A stretch of 42,897 nucleotides of DNA from Octopus bimaculoides (Eukaryota): NCBI RefSeq assembly GCF_001194135.2, contig NC_068996.1, forward strand, positions 14,006,668 through 14,049,564, read 5' to 3'. A program made the position numbers and the translations under genes. Below the pieces are notes generated by a model, which worked only from the letters and a program-made list of their open reading frames with translations, had not been told where the DNA came from and made no database searches. Positions within the stretch are counted from its first letter, which is position 1. Every line of letters starts with the position of its first letter. Shown here one piece after another: positions 12,450 to 23,944 of this stretch.

Positions 12450-13075
12450 GAAATCACAACCACCATCACACGAGGCCACTACAGTCGACAGATACAGGAT
12501 GGCTACCACTAACGCCAGGACATGTTTTCATGAATAACACTGCCAACAAGCATGGGTGGAGTTCCTGCTCAACCTTACCAATATCTTATTCGTGGAGCAA
12601 ATTTTGCTCCGACCAGCCAGGACAAATAATATACTGGATATCTACTTCACAAACAATATGAATATCATCCATGATGTGAAATTGACATCGGCACTAGTAT
12701 CGGATCACAATATAATAGAGGTAACTATGTTTGGACCAAAATGAGGTGCATATATATACAACTTATAAGAAACCCCTAAAATCTCTTCAGTTTGAATTTT
12801 CATAAAGCAAACTGGAAATCGAATCAGAAAGAGATTCTCGAAAAAGATCTTCACACGAGACATTGACATGAAACTGAAACATTTCATAACCGTAATGCAA
12901 ACCATATGCGCCAAATTTGTACCAGAGCACAAAGCGAACACACACAAGAACGAGATTCCCAGGGGGAAAAAAGTCTTTCAAAAGCCTTTCATAAAGTCCA
13001 CCATGGTATGAAATGTCACAAACTGCGTGATTTCGGCGTGGTCGGAAAACTTGATGAATGGCTACTTATAAAAGA
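12450..13075 (+). mobile_element. CR1/jockey-group LINE remnant: APE endonuclease C-terminus joined by an internal deletion to an RT fragment
   Basis: RPARTNNILDIYFTNN...LVSDHNIIEV (APE LD...SDH motifs), LNFHKANWK, then SKAFHKVHHGMKCHKLRDFGVVGKLDEWL, close to AKAFDKVNHGMICTKLRDLDIAGRLGECL at 25990-26040. Confidence 0.8.
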
Positions 13076-13086
13076 AAAGAGGTGTG

Positions 13087-13163
<77 letters not shown>

Positions 13164-13677
13164 AGTGAGTAAATGAGATTAATAAATCTATATATACATA
13201 ATAGGTGCAACAGCTTAATAAAGCCAGGCAGATATCTATGAAGTATTCTGTGTTAAACAAATTTGGTCAACTATATCAAACAATCATATACCAATAAATG
13301 CAAGTAGAATTTAACATCCAACATCATTTGTCATGTATGACAAGTAAATCCAAATATCGCTTAGAAGAAATTCAAGAACTTCAGAGTATAAGACAACAAG
13401 AACAAGAATAGAGAAAAGCACTACACATTACCCACGATCGTTTCTAATGCACCAGCATATTTAGCCACATAAAATGGTATAAAATACCAATCAAATTTAT
13501 GTATCCGAAAATATATGCTAACACAACGTTATCAAGGCAATCCAAACTTGCTTAAGTTCAAAGTGACCTAAGAAAACATCTCTTAGAGACGAACGCATGC
13601 AAAAAGAACATTAAGAAGAAATATAATGTTCTAAGAAATGCAAGTTTTGTATTTTTAGATATATATATATGCGAGGG

Positions 13678-13790
13678 GCTTCTTTCAGTTTCCATCTACC
13701 AAAACTACAGACAAGGTTTTGTCAGCTCGGGGTTGTAGTAGAAGACACTTACCGAAGGTGCCACGCAGTAGAATTGAATATTTTCCAGTG
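13678..13790 (-). mobile_element. CORE-like SINE (family A) fragment
   Basis: cttctttcagtttccatctaccaaa...gtagaagacacttaccgaaggtgccacgcagt. Confidence 0.8.
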
Positions 13791-13955
13791 CTCATTTCGC
13801 AATGAATATAGGGTCTTCCGAAATGGGGAAAGCTTACGCTTAGCGGTGTATTTATATCTATTGAATGTGGTGGATAACGTGCTTTTTATAATGGAGCTTC
13901 ACCTATTAATATATGCGTATGCCTCTATGTTTGTATACATAAATGGGTGTGTGTG

Positions 13956-14034
13956 GAGAGAGAGGAGGGGACGGAGAGAGAGGAGGGGACGGAGAGAGAG
14001 GAGGGGACGGAGAGAGAGGAGGGGACGGAGAGAG
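13956..14034. repeat. 18-bp purine-rich minisatellite (ggagagagaggaggggac)n running into an N gap
   Basis: At least 4 perfect units before the gap at 14035. Confidence 0.95.
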
Positions 14035-15028
14035 NNNNNNNNNNNNNNNNNNNNNNNNNNNNNNNNNNNNNNNNNNNNNNNNNNNNNNNNNNNNNNNNNN
14101 NNNNNNNNNNNNNNNNNNNNNNNNNNNNNNNNNNNNNNNNNNNNNNNNNNNNNNNNNNNNNNNNNNNNNNNNNNNNNNNNNNNNNNNNNNNNNNNNNNNN
14201 NNNNNNNNNNNNNNNNNNNNNNNNNNNNNNNNNNNNNNNNNNNNNNNNNNNNNNNNNNNNNNNNNNNNNNNNNNNNNNNNNNNNNNNNNNNNNNNNNNNN
14301 NNNNNNNNNNNNNNNNNNNNNNNNNNNNNNNNNNNNNNNNNNNNNNNNNNNNNNNNNNNNNNNNNNNNNNNNNNNNNNNNNNNNNNNNNNNNNNNNNNNN
14401 NNNNNNNNNNNNNNNNNNNNNNNNNNNNNNNNNNNNNNNNNNNNNNNNNNNNNNNNNNNNNNNTATATATAGGTATACGTATGTGATGTACATTTGTATT
14501 TTTGTCATTGTATTTTATATATATATATATATATACAAGTACTCTTATTTCATGTTTGAGCAGTCAGTTCTGAGAAAGCCAATGCATCCAACTGTAAAAA
14601 ACTATTCCTCCATCGAAAATACCAATTCTACGAATGCAGTCATTGAAAATGGATATAAAATAGTCGAACACATACACACAAGCATATATACAGTCCAACG
14701 CAGATAAATACTTAGATTTATTGTGTATACATTTATATACACAAGAGTACACATATGCACGTGCATATTTATATGTACACACACACACATACACACACTC
14801 ATAGACGCATGGACATATATATATATATATATATATACATACATACACATCTATATATGGATATACTCGGATTTTTAAAAACATGCCCACTCTCAAACAC
14901 GCACATGCACACACTACACACCACACACACACATATATATATTTATATATACATAAGTATATACATATGTGTATATATGTATTTACATACGTATATATGT
15001 GTGTATATATATATGTATACATATATAC

Positions 15029-15064
<36 letters not shown>

Positions 15065-16369
15065 NNNNNNNNNNNNNNNNNNNNNNNNNNNNNNNNNNNN
15101 NNNNNNNNNNNNNNNNNNNNNNNNNNNNNNNNNNNNNNNNNNNNNNNNNNNNNNNNNNNNNNNNNNNNNNNNNNNNNNNNNNNNNNNNNNNNNNNNNNNN
15201 NNNNNNNNNNNNNNNNNNNNNNNNNNNNNNNNNNNNNNNNNNNNNNNNNNNNNNNNNNNNNNNNNNNNNNNNNNNNNNNNNNNNNNNNNNNNNNNNNNNN
15301 NNNNNNNNNNNNNNNNNNNNNNNNNNNNNNNNNNNNNNNNNNNNNNNNNNNNNNNNNNNNNNNNNNNNNNNNNNNNNNNNNNNNNNNNNNNNNNNNNNNN
15401 NNNNNNNNNNNNNNNNNNNNNNNNNNNNNNNNNNNNNNNNNNNNNNNNNNNNNNNNNNNNNNNNNNNNNNNNNNNNNNNNNNNNNNNNNNNNNNNNNNNN
15501 NNNNNNNNNNNNNNNNNNNNNNNNNNNNNNNNNNNNNNNNNNNNNNNNNNNNNNNNNNNNNNNNNNNNNNNNNNNNNNNNNNNNNNNNNNNNNNNNNNNN
15601 NNNNNNNNNNNNNNNNNNNNNNNNNNNNNNNNNNNNNNNNNNNNNNNNNNNNNNNNNNNNNNNNNNNNNNNNNNNNNNNNNNNNNNNNNNNNNNNNNNNN
15701 NNNNNNNNNNNNNNNNNNNNNNNNNNNNNNNNNNNNNNNNNNNNNNNNNNNNNNNNNNNNNNNNNNNNNNNNNNNNNNNNNNNNNNNNNNNNNNNNNNNN
15801 NNNNNNNNNNNNNNNNNNNNNNNNNNNNNNNNNNNNNNNNNNNNNNNNNNNNNNNNNNNNNNNNNNNNNNNNNNNNNNNNNNNNNNNNNNNNNNNNNNNN
15901 NNNNNNNNNNNNNNNNNNNNNNNNNNNNNNNNNNNNNNNNNNNNNNNNNNNNNNNNNNNNNNNNNNNNNNNNNNNATATATATATTGCTGACACCTCTGG
16001 ATTCAATGGTACTGCCCAGGTGTCGAAACCATAATGATATCAGTGGGGCAGCTGATGATGGAGGTATGTTGGATTGTTGTTATGGCTGTGTAATAGTATT
16101 ATAACACATCCTTTTGATACATATATATATGTGAGTGTGTGTGTTTGTGTATGTGTGTGTGTGCGTGTGTGTATGTATGTAGATATTTCATACTAATCAG
16201 TACCACTTGAGCAATGATGGTGATTCAATCGAATAGCCCCTTCCTGCAAAACATTCAGCCCTGTGAGTATCGTAGAATTGTAATTGTAAAGAAGTAAAAT
16301 TCACTGTGGCGGTTTCCCTCTTCTTGAAGAACGTTAGAATATGCTTTATATTTGACTCTTTTCTCCTGT

Positions 16370-16855
16370 ATGATGTTGATCCTGGTTGCCTTAAGATCGG
16401 TGATGTCTTGATAGCAACTTCTATTGCTTTCGATCGATCTATCTTCGCATTTAAATTCCAGGTTTTCAAGTATGTCCTTATAACTTAGCAGTGGGTGACC
16501 TTGGTGTTTGACACTGGAACGAAGCTGATTAGTGTAGTCCAAAGTAGTAGCAAAAGCATCTATTTTCAGTGTTCAGTGCACCCTATCCCCATATGTTATT
16601 GCAGCTTTTCAATCTTTAGAATGTCATTATAACTTAGTATTGGGCAGTATTAGTGCCTGGCAGAAGATCTAAGCCGAACAAAGATGTCGGAGATGTCTTG
16701 GTAGCAAGATCTTCTTCACTGAGTTCTATACGGTGCATCTGTTTCCCATGTCTTCAAGTTTATCGTGTAGGCTTTCAAGTAGAACTCTAGGGGGTCCTTA
16801 TAAGGGAGCTGTGGGCGGTCTTGGTGTCTGGCAACAGATCTAAGTTGACCATAGA
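16370..16855 (-). repeat. Degenerate tandem repeat (about 150-170-bp units) with residual coding signature
   Basis: ttataa anchors at 16478, 16627 and 16798. Minus-strand translations LRSVARHQDRPQLPYKDPLE, LRSSARH*YCPILSYNDILK and LRSSVKHQGHPLLSYKDILE; RSCYQDISD and RSCYQDITD also recur. Confidence 0.7.
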
Positions 16856-16857
16856 AG

Positions 16858-16986
<129 letters not shown>

Positions 16987-16994
16987 CGCGCGTG

Positions 16995-17790
16995 TGTGTA
17001 GAAAGAGCAGTACAGGTAAGGAGGAGTTCGAAATAGCAGAACAATATGATTTCAGTCCCAGAACAGCTGTCAGGTATCTGCACAAACTTGGTTACTATGG
17101 CAGAGCAGCAAGAAGGAAGTCACTTCTTCAGCGGAGAAAATACTGGGTCAGTGAGACAGTGGTGAGGCTACTAGCGTTTTGGGATACTGTCATATTCTCT
17201 GATGAGTCCAGGTTTGCTATATTTCCTGACAGTGGTTGAGTGTGAGTCTGGAGACTCTGTGATAGAGAATTTGATGTGATAAAATGGCAGCCAACAATGA
17301 ACCACGGCAGCTATTCTGTAATGGTCTGGAGAGCAATTTGGAGCAATGGTTGATCAGAGCTGGTGGAGTTTGAGGGAAACATAAGCTCAGATAATTATGT
17401 CTCCATACTGCAGAAAGGACTTCTTCCAATCTTCTTTGGTGGTGAAATGATTAACGAAGACTTTATTTCTGGAAAACGGGCTCCTTGTCATATGGCTAAT
17501 ATGACCCAAGATTTGTTGGATGAGAATGGCATTAAAAAGTTTCTATGACCAAGCTTGTCACCAGATATGAAGCCTATTGAACACTCTGGGATATAATGGA
17601 CAGGACACATCATAAAAAGAAGAAGAAAGCGTCTTCAAAGTCAGATATTTTGAGATTACTGCATGAAACTTGGCGAGATATTCTGCAAGAGAATATTCGC
17701 ATCATAACAATTAATAAATAATTTGAATGTATAATTTCAGATTTAAAGTAATTTTAGTGACTATAAGGGTGTCTACTTCTGTCATGTCTG
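16995..17790 (+). mobile_element. Tc1-family DNA transposon remnant: transposase pseudogene with probable right TIR; 5' end lost
   Basis: RYLHKLGYYGRAARRK, WDTVIFSDESRF (first D), [17 protein letters not shown] (second D region decayed), SPDMKPIEH (E). Ends gggtgtctacttctgtcatgtctg|TA at 17790-17792. Confidence 0.9.
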
Positions 17791-17844
17791 TATATGTGTG
17801 TGTAAGTGTGTTTTGTCTGTATCTGTGTTAATCACACACATCAT

Positions 17845-18030
17845 TGCTCGAAGACTTGTGTTGCCTAGTTGACGTTCCTGTGAATTAACGGTTCGGCTAA
17901 AGAAATCGTTTGAATAACCACTAGGCTGTAAAAAAAATCACACTGGGATAATTTCGTTTGACTAAACCTTTCAAGGCGTAGAGCTAGCATGTCTGCACTC
18001 CGATGACTGTGGCAGGTAAAAACGTGAGAG
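17845..18030 (+). mobile_element. Family A SINE 3' part, degenerate
   Basis: gacgttcctgtgaattaacggttcggctaaagaaatcg...gtttgactaaacctttcaaggcg...catgtctgcactccgatgactg parallels 32630-32770. Confidence 0.6.
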
Positions 18031-19669
18031 ATAAAATAACGCAATATGAATTTGTCCAACTGTTGTAACGATAGCGTGAACGTGCTGTTTGTTTTTTTTG
18101 TGCATTCATTATAAATATATGCCTGTGAGTGTGCCTTTGTATATTTGTGTGCGTGTGTGAGTGTGTGTGTGTTTGTGTAAACGTATGTAGATACACACAC
18201 ACACAATACCAGGCTCTTATACACATGTAGACTGGAAGATGTTTGAAATGTATAAATACGTTCACACACGTACGTGCATAGATATGTATGGATATCTATG
18301 TTCACAGACCTACATGTAAATATATATATATGTGTATATATATATATATATATAANNNNNNNNNNNNNNNNNNNNNNNNNNNNNNNNNNNNNNNNNNNNN
18401 NNNNNNNNNNNNNNNNNNNNNNNNNNNNNNNNNNNNNNNNNNNNNNNNNNNNNNNNNNNNNNNNNNNNNNNNNNNNNNNNNNNNNNNNNNNNNNNNNNNN
18501 NNNNNNNNNNNNNNNNNNNNNNNNNNNNNNNNNNNNNNNNNNNNNNNNNNNNNNNNNNNNNNNNNNNNNNNNNNNNNNNNNNNNNNNNNNNNNNNNNNNN
18601 NNNNNNNNNNNNNNNNNNNNNNNNNNNNNNNNNNNNNNNNNNNNNNNNNNNNNNNNNNNNNNNNNNNNNNNNNNNNNNNNNNNNNNNNNNNNNNNNNNNN
18701 NNNNNNNNNNNNNNNNNNNNNNNNNNNNNNNNNNNNNNNNNNNNNNNNNNNNNNNNNNNNNNNNNNNNNNNNNNNNNNNNNNNNNNNNNNNNNNNNNNNN
18801 NNNNNNNNNNNNNNNNNNNNNNNNNNNNNNNNNNNNNNNNNNNNNNNNNNNNNNNNNNNNNNNNNNNNNNNNNNNNNNNNNNNNNNNNNNNNNNNNNNNN
18901 NNNNNNNNNNNNNNNNNNNNNNNNNNNNNNNNNNNNNNNNNNNNNNNNNNNNNNNNNNNNNNNNNNNNNNNNNNNNNNNNNNNNNNNNNNNNNNNNNNNN
19001 NNNNNNNNNNNNNNNNNNNNNNNNNNNNNNNNNNNNNNNNNNNNNNNNNNNNNNNNNNNNNNNNNNNNNNNNNNNNNNNNNNNNNNNNNNNNNNNNNNNN
19101 NNNNNNNNNNNNNNNNNNNNNNNNNNNNNNNNNNNNNNNNNNNNNNNNNNNNNNNNNNNNNNNNNNNNNNNNNNNNNNNNNNNNNNNNNNNNNNNNNNNN
19201 NNNNNNNNNNNNNNNNNNNNNNNNNNNNNNNNNNNNNNNNNNNNNNNNNNNNNNNNNNNNNTATATATATATATATATATATGTATTATGTACGTATGTA
19301 TATATATATATGGAGAGGAAGAGTCGTAGGATAGAAAGAGAGAGAGGGAGAGCAACGAAGGTGATATGGAAGATGATAGCGATAAAGAGAACGATGGAGG
19401 AGAGAGGGCAATGAAGTGAGGGTGAGAAAGGGAGAAACAGAGAGAGAAAGAGTAAAAGAGAGAGAGAGAGTGACAGTGAGTGGGAGTTAAAGAGAGAGTG
19501 ACCGACGTAACTTCTTCAATGTTGTAATTAAAAGATTCGTATAATGCTGCACGTAGACACACATATACGTACATACATATTTACACGCATAAATGCGCAT
19601 ATTTTTGCACACACATTTACACGTATAAATACGCATAAATATACATACATTCATACATACATATGTACA

Positions 19670-19704
<35 letters not shown>

Positions 19705-20312
19705 NNNNNNNNNNNNNNNNNNNNNNNNNNNNNNNNNNNNNNNNNNNNNNNNNNNNNNNNNNNNNNNNNNNNNNNNNNNNNNNNNNNNNNNNNNNNNNNN
19801 NNNNNNNNNNNNNNNNNNNNNNNNNNNNNNNNNNNNNNNNNNNNNNNNNNNNNNNNNNNNNNNNNNNNNNNNNNNNNNNNNNNNNNNNNNNNNNNNNNNN
19901 NNNNNNNNNNNNNNNNNNNNNNNNNNNNNNNNNNNNNNNNNNNNNNNNNNNNNNNNNNNNNNNNNNNNNNNNNNNNNNNNNNNNNNNNNNNNNNNNNNNN
20001 NNNNNNNNNNNNNNNNNNNNNNNNNNNNNNNNNNNNNNNNNNNNNNNNNNNNNNNNNNNNNNNNNNNNNNNNNNNNNNNNNNNNNNNNNNNNNNNNNNNN
20101 NNNNNNNNNNNNNNNNNNNNNNNNNNNNNNNNNNNNNNNNNNNNNNNNNNNNNNNNNNNNNNNNNNNNNNNNNNNNNNNNNNNNNNNNNNNNNNNNNNNN
20201 NNNNNATATACATGTACATGCGTGTGTGTCTGTGCGTGTGTGTGTAGATAGATCGATATATTCTAAATATATAAATGTGTATACGTATATATAGATATAT
20301 TTGTATACATTT

Positions 20313-20357
<45 letters not shown>

Positions 20358-20439
20358 TGTATGTATATATATGTGTACGTGTATATATGTATATATATAT
20401 ATATTTACATATATATATATGTCTATGTATCTCTCTCTG

Positions 20440-20478
<39 letters not shown>

Positions 20479-20509
20479 ATATATGTACATAAACGTACAG
20501 AGCATACAG

Positions 20510-20840
20510 GGGGAGGACCCTATGTTTCCATTGGGCAGACGGCTGATTCATTTAAAAATCATTATCGTAACCATGTTGCCAGCTTTAAGACAATCAATAA
20601 GAGACATTCAACATCTTTGGCAGATTTTTTATAGCGACTGAAGGAGGATAAAATGAAGTACAGTATTAATTGGTCCATACTAAAGTACACGAAACCATAA
20701 AAAATAATTTCCAGGAGATGCCGTCTCTGCTCCGAGGAATCCGTCTATTCTGTGGACGAACGTGAAGATCATTAATAACATTTCTGAACGACCCTTGAGA
20801 TGCCTACATGCATATAAATGTACTTTCGCACAATGCAGTG
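20510..20840 (+). mobile_element. Penelope-like element: C-terminal GIY-YIG endonuclease pseudogene fragment
   Basis: YVSIGQTADSFKNHYRNHVASFKTINKRHSTSLADFL*RLKEDKMKYSINWSILKYTKP*KIISRRCRLCSEE, then (frameshift) INNISERPLRCLHAYK. This follows the YIGxTxxxFKxRYxNHxxSF...STxLSxxxWxLKxxxxxYxIxWxIL...RCxLCxxEK...LNxRSELxxxCRHxNK pattern; the two stops fall at conserved W and Y. Confidence 0.85.
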
Positions 20841-21256
20841 AGAATGAATTTTGAGTAACCGTTAAGATAATTTAATTTACTTTAAGGTATGGATGGCTTA
20901 AGTTTATTTTTAACCGCCCAATTCTTACACACACCAAGTAAATAGTTAACTCACTTTGTGATCATGAGTGCACCAAATCTCATGTGTGCATATGCTCACA
21001 TTTTTACGAATTCTTCTATGAGCGACTGTACTCGTACCATGCAGCTTACTCGATGGCGTTAATACATCCATATTTGTTAACGGTTGTTTTGAATACTTTA
21101 CTCGCTGGATTGCGCGTTCGTTTCTCTTTTTGCCATCTGTGATTTTATTTTGAACTTCTATATAAATGAAGATATTTCCTCCATCTGATTGCTTTTCTTT
21201 CTACAAAACAAGAAGTTACATTGCGGAACAGTTATTTTAACGAGTTATATTTATTT

Positions 21257-21361
21257 ATCACCCGACGAGATACATCTTCACCACTGGATGCTCCTGAACC
21301 AGTTGTAGAGTGTCCAAACCATGAGAGATGATTTTAGATGTGTCGAAACAATTGTTGTGAT
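21257..21361 (+). ncRNA. Minimal type-I hammerhead-like motif downstream of the PLE endonuclease (core U4C mutated)
   Basis: Helix I atcac/gtgat (5 bp), core CCGACGA at 21262-21268, helix II gatacatct/agatgtgtc (9 bp, G-C closing), GAAA at 21345-21348, palindrome ACAATTGT, GTT triplet at 21354-21356. Confidence 0.7.
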
Positions 21362-21450
21362 TAATAATAAATTCTCGTATATTCCATCTTTCATTTGCCA
21401 CATATATATGTGTGTGTGTGTATGAGAGAGAGAGAGTGTGTGTATATGTG

Positions 21451-21536
<86 letters not shown>

Positions 21537-21857
21537 TATATATATATGTATGTATACATATATATATATATATGTATATATATATGTGTGTATATATATT
21601 TACATATATGTATATATATGTATATATATATATACTTATATATATGTCTGTATGTATATCTACACATATATATATATACATATATATATACATACATATT
21701 TGTATACACATACATATATATATATATATACAATTAAACCTTGGGAGAGGCATTATGCCGGTAGTAAACACACGCACTGGTTCAGTCCTTTATTAATTTA
21801 TATAGTTTATATATAATTATATATATAATTCATAAATATACATGCACCTCATTGTAA

Positions 21858-21941
21858 AAGCTCATAGGAAGCTATATTAGATGAAGTACAACCGTTCACC
21901 TCTGAGCGCATTGCAGCTAGTAACAGAAACAGCTGTAAGCT
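21858..21941 (+). ncRNA. Degenerate hammerhead-like motif (AGCT-loop family)
   Basis: agct-CATAGGA (decayed CTGAnGA)...GAAAC-AGCT-GTA-agct. Helix I agct/agct and the palindrome are intact; core and helix II are decayed. Related to 42331-42411. Confidence 0.45.
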
Positions 21942-22229
21942 AAAGAATCTGCGTAAATCTTGTTTGCTTGTCACTCTATTAGTTTATGTCTTTGGATCAA
22001 CTGTTACCGTGTAATCTTTGGCGCACCTCTTTCACCAAGTTTTCTCTTTTCAATGCATTATATTAGAGTTCTGCAAATGGTTTCATTCAAAGTTTCCCAC
22101 AAACCTTGAGGATAATTGAACCACATACGGTCTGTACCATTATCCTACTGAACCTATTACAATAAAAACATAATGTCTAAGGTTATGGTTAGGGTATTGG
22201 GTCGGATGACTTGCCTGGACGATCGGAAG

Positions 22230-22540
22230 TCTTCTACACCGGTTGTACTGATCATCCAAAGCAGCCTTCGTATCCTCAAATTGATATCTAGTACCGTCCA
22301 CAACCTGATGTCCTCTTCTTGATCCTCCGGCGCCTGTGTGTTTATGCGTAGTCAGTGTCCATGAGTCATAGAGAAGTACTGATTCAACAACTGTTTTTTT
22401 AAAAAAAAACCTCTTCATGTTGTTAGGTACGGAGGACTTCAATATGATTCTGAGGCTGTCTAAGGCATTCACTACTTTCGTAATCCTTACTTGGATATCT
22501 GTTTCTGTTGAAGTAATGTTACTTTGCAGATTACTATTAG
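22230..22540 (-). mobile_element. RTE-group LINE 3' remnant
   Basis: SNITSTETDIQVRITKVVNALDSLRIILKSSVPNNMKRFFFKKTVVESVLLYDSWTLT...DGTRY...KAALD, matching the YLGSxIxSTExDxxxRxAKAWxALxxMxxIWKSxLxxxLKxxFFRATVESVLLYGxxTWTLT...DGxYTRMLRxAL pattern. Confidence 0.8.
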
Positions 22541-23061
22541 GATTGGGGTTAAGGTGGGGACAAATACTGCAATTAGATTTGGATTTCCATGATGTATCTA
22601 CTCTCAGTATGATTCACAGATTGCTATTAGAAAGAAAATTGAAACAATTTGTAAAACGAAATTATTTTTCTTACCTTTCACGTAAGTTATTTATCCTGAA
22701 AATAAGGAAAATAGATAATTATTAAAAATGTAATAAGAATTTGGAAGACTTGTGGATATGTATATGCATGTATAAATGTATGTAGATGGATGGATAGAAG
22801 TTATTAATACATTATATATGCGTGCATGTGTCCATGTATGCAGGTACGAATGTACGTTTGTATGCATTTATGTTCATCTATATATATATATATATATNNN
22901 NNNNNNNNNNNNNNNNNNNNNNNNNNNNNNNNNNNNNNNNNNNNNNNNNNNNNNNNNNNNNNNNNNNNNNNNNNNNNNNNNNNNNNNNNNNNNNNNNNNN
23001 NNNNNNNNNNNNNNNNNNNNNNNNNNNNNNNNNNNNNNNNNNNNNNNNNNNNNNNNNNNNN

Positions 23062-23169
<108 letters not shown>

Positions 23170-23182
23170 AGGAATCGATGCT

Positions 23183-23250
23183 AGATGTGTCGAAACAATT
23201 GTGATTAACAATAAATTATCGTATATTCCATCTTCTGTCTTTCATTTGTT
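23183..23250 (+). repeat. Truncated second copy of the 21337-21390 PLE 3' region (3' half of the hammerhead)
   Basis: agatgtgtcgaaacaattgtgattaacaataaattatcgtatattccatc is nearly identical to 21336-21388. Confidence 0.85.
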
Positions 23251-23394
23251 ATATATAACGATATATATATTTGTTATATATAAATGTTAAATAATGAGGG
23301 TAGAAATTAATATTAATTCATATCAATTTTGCACCAGTGACCTAGCATACTTTAAAAAATCCGGAGATTAAGAAATTATATTACATACATATAT

Positions 23395-23577
23395 GAGGAA
23401 TAATCATCAAGGTGGATTCCTAATATGCTAGTAGAATACACCAAATCGTCTTATCAGGAAGAATGTATTCTCAACAAATGGCGTTTGCTGATATTTCTTG
23501 AGAACACACTCTTCGTGGTAAGACGATTTGGCGTCTTCTTCTAGCATACTAGGAATCTACATTGGTGGTTATTCGTC
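23395..23577. repeat. 183-bp hairpin (about 85-bp arms, 13-nt loop) in TA context; MITE-like
   Basis: gaggaataatcatcaaggtggattcctaatatgctagtagaatacaccaaatcgtcttatcaggaagaatgtattctcaacaaat is the reverse complement, with scattered mismatches, of atttcttgagaacacactcttcgtggtaagacgatttggcgtcttcttctagcatactaggaatctacattggtggttattcgtc. Confidence 0.9.
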
Positions 23578-23774
23578 GTATATATATATATATATACAGA
23601 TTAGTGGTACAACAAGGCACCAATATTTACTGGAAATAGCAGTCGATACAAATACGACGCTATAATAAAGCTTCATTGCGTATATACTGGTAAAGACGTG
23701 TGAGTGCAACAAACATGAGAAATTTGTCTTACTTCTAGAAAAAACATGAGATAAATGGACACCCAGAATCGGAT

Positions 23775-23849
23775 AATGCAGTATCTAGGTTTCAGGCTAT
23801 TCAAATACGTTTGTCAACGTAAATTTGATCAGTCTTCATCAGATGCATT
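23775..23849 (-). ncRNA. Minimal type-I hammerhead-like motif (CTAG loop)
   Basis: Minus strand: aatgcat-CTGATGA-agactgatcaaat...atttgaatagcct (11 of 13 pairs)-GAAAC-CTAG-AT-A-ctgcatt. Helix III is one substitution from the palindrome ACCTAGGT; helix I has 6 of 7 pairs. Confidence 0.6.
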
Positions 23850-23944
23850 TACCTAGACAATATTTCAAATGTTGTCTCATCAATGCTAGTACACTTGCCT
23901 GAACGCTTAGCCGTTAACAGAACGATAACCTTAAAACTTTCTGT

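Noticed and set aside
16020-16063. 44-nt exon candidate (cccag|...GAG|gtatgt) and a nearby GAAAC...CTGATGA that could be a type-II hammerhead
   Set aside because: Poor polypyrimidine tract and no homology; helices II and III of the putative hammerhead do not pair.
17199-17205. CTGATGA hammerhead-core word
   Set aside because: It is the S-D-E codons of the Tc1 transposase FSDES motif, with no stem or GAAAC partner.
22175-22560. TTAGGG-like words (also near 10030 and 11457)
   Set aside because: Isolated, degenerate units and not telomeric arrays.
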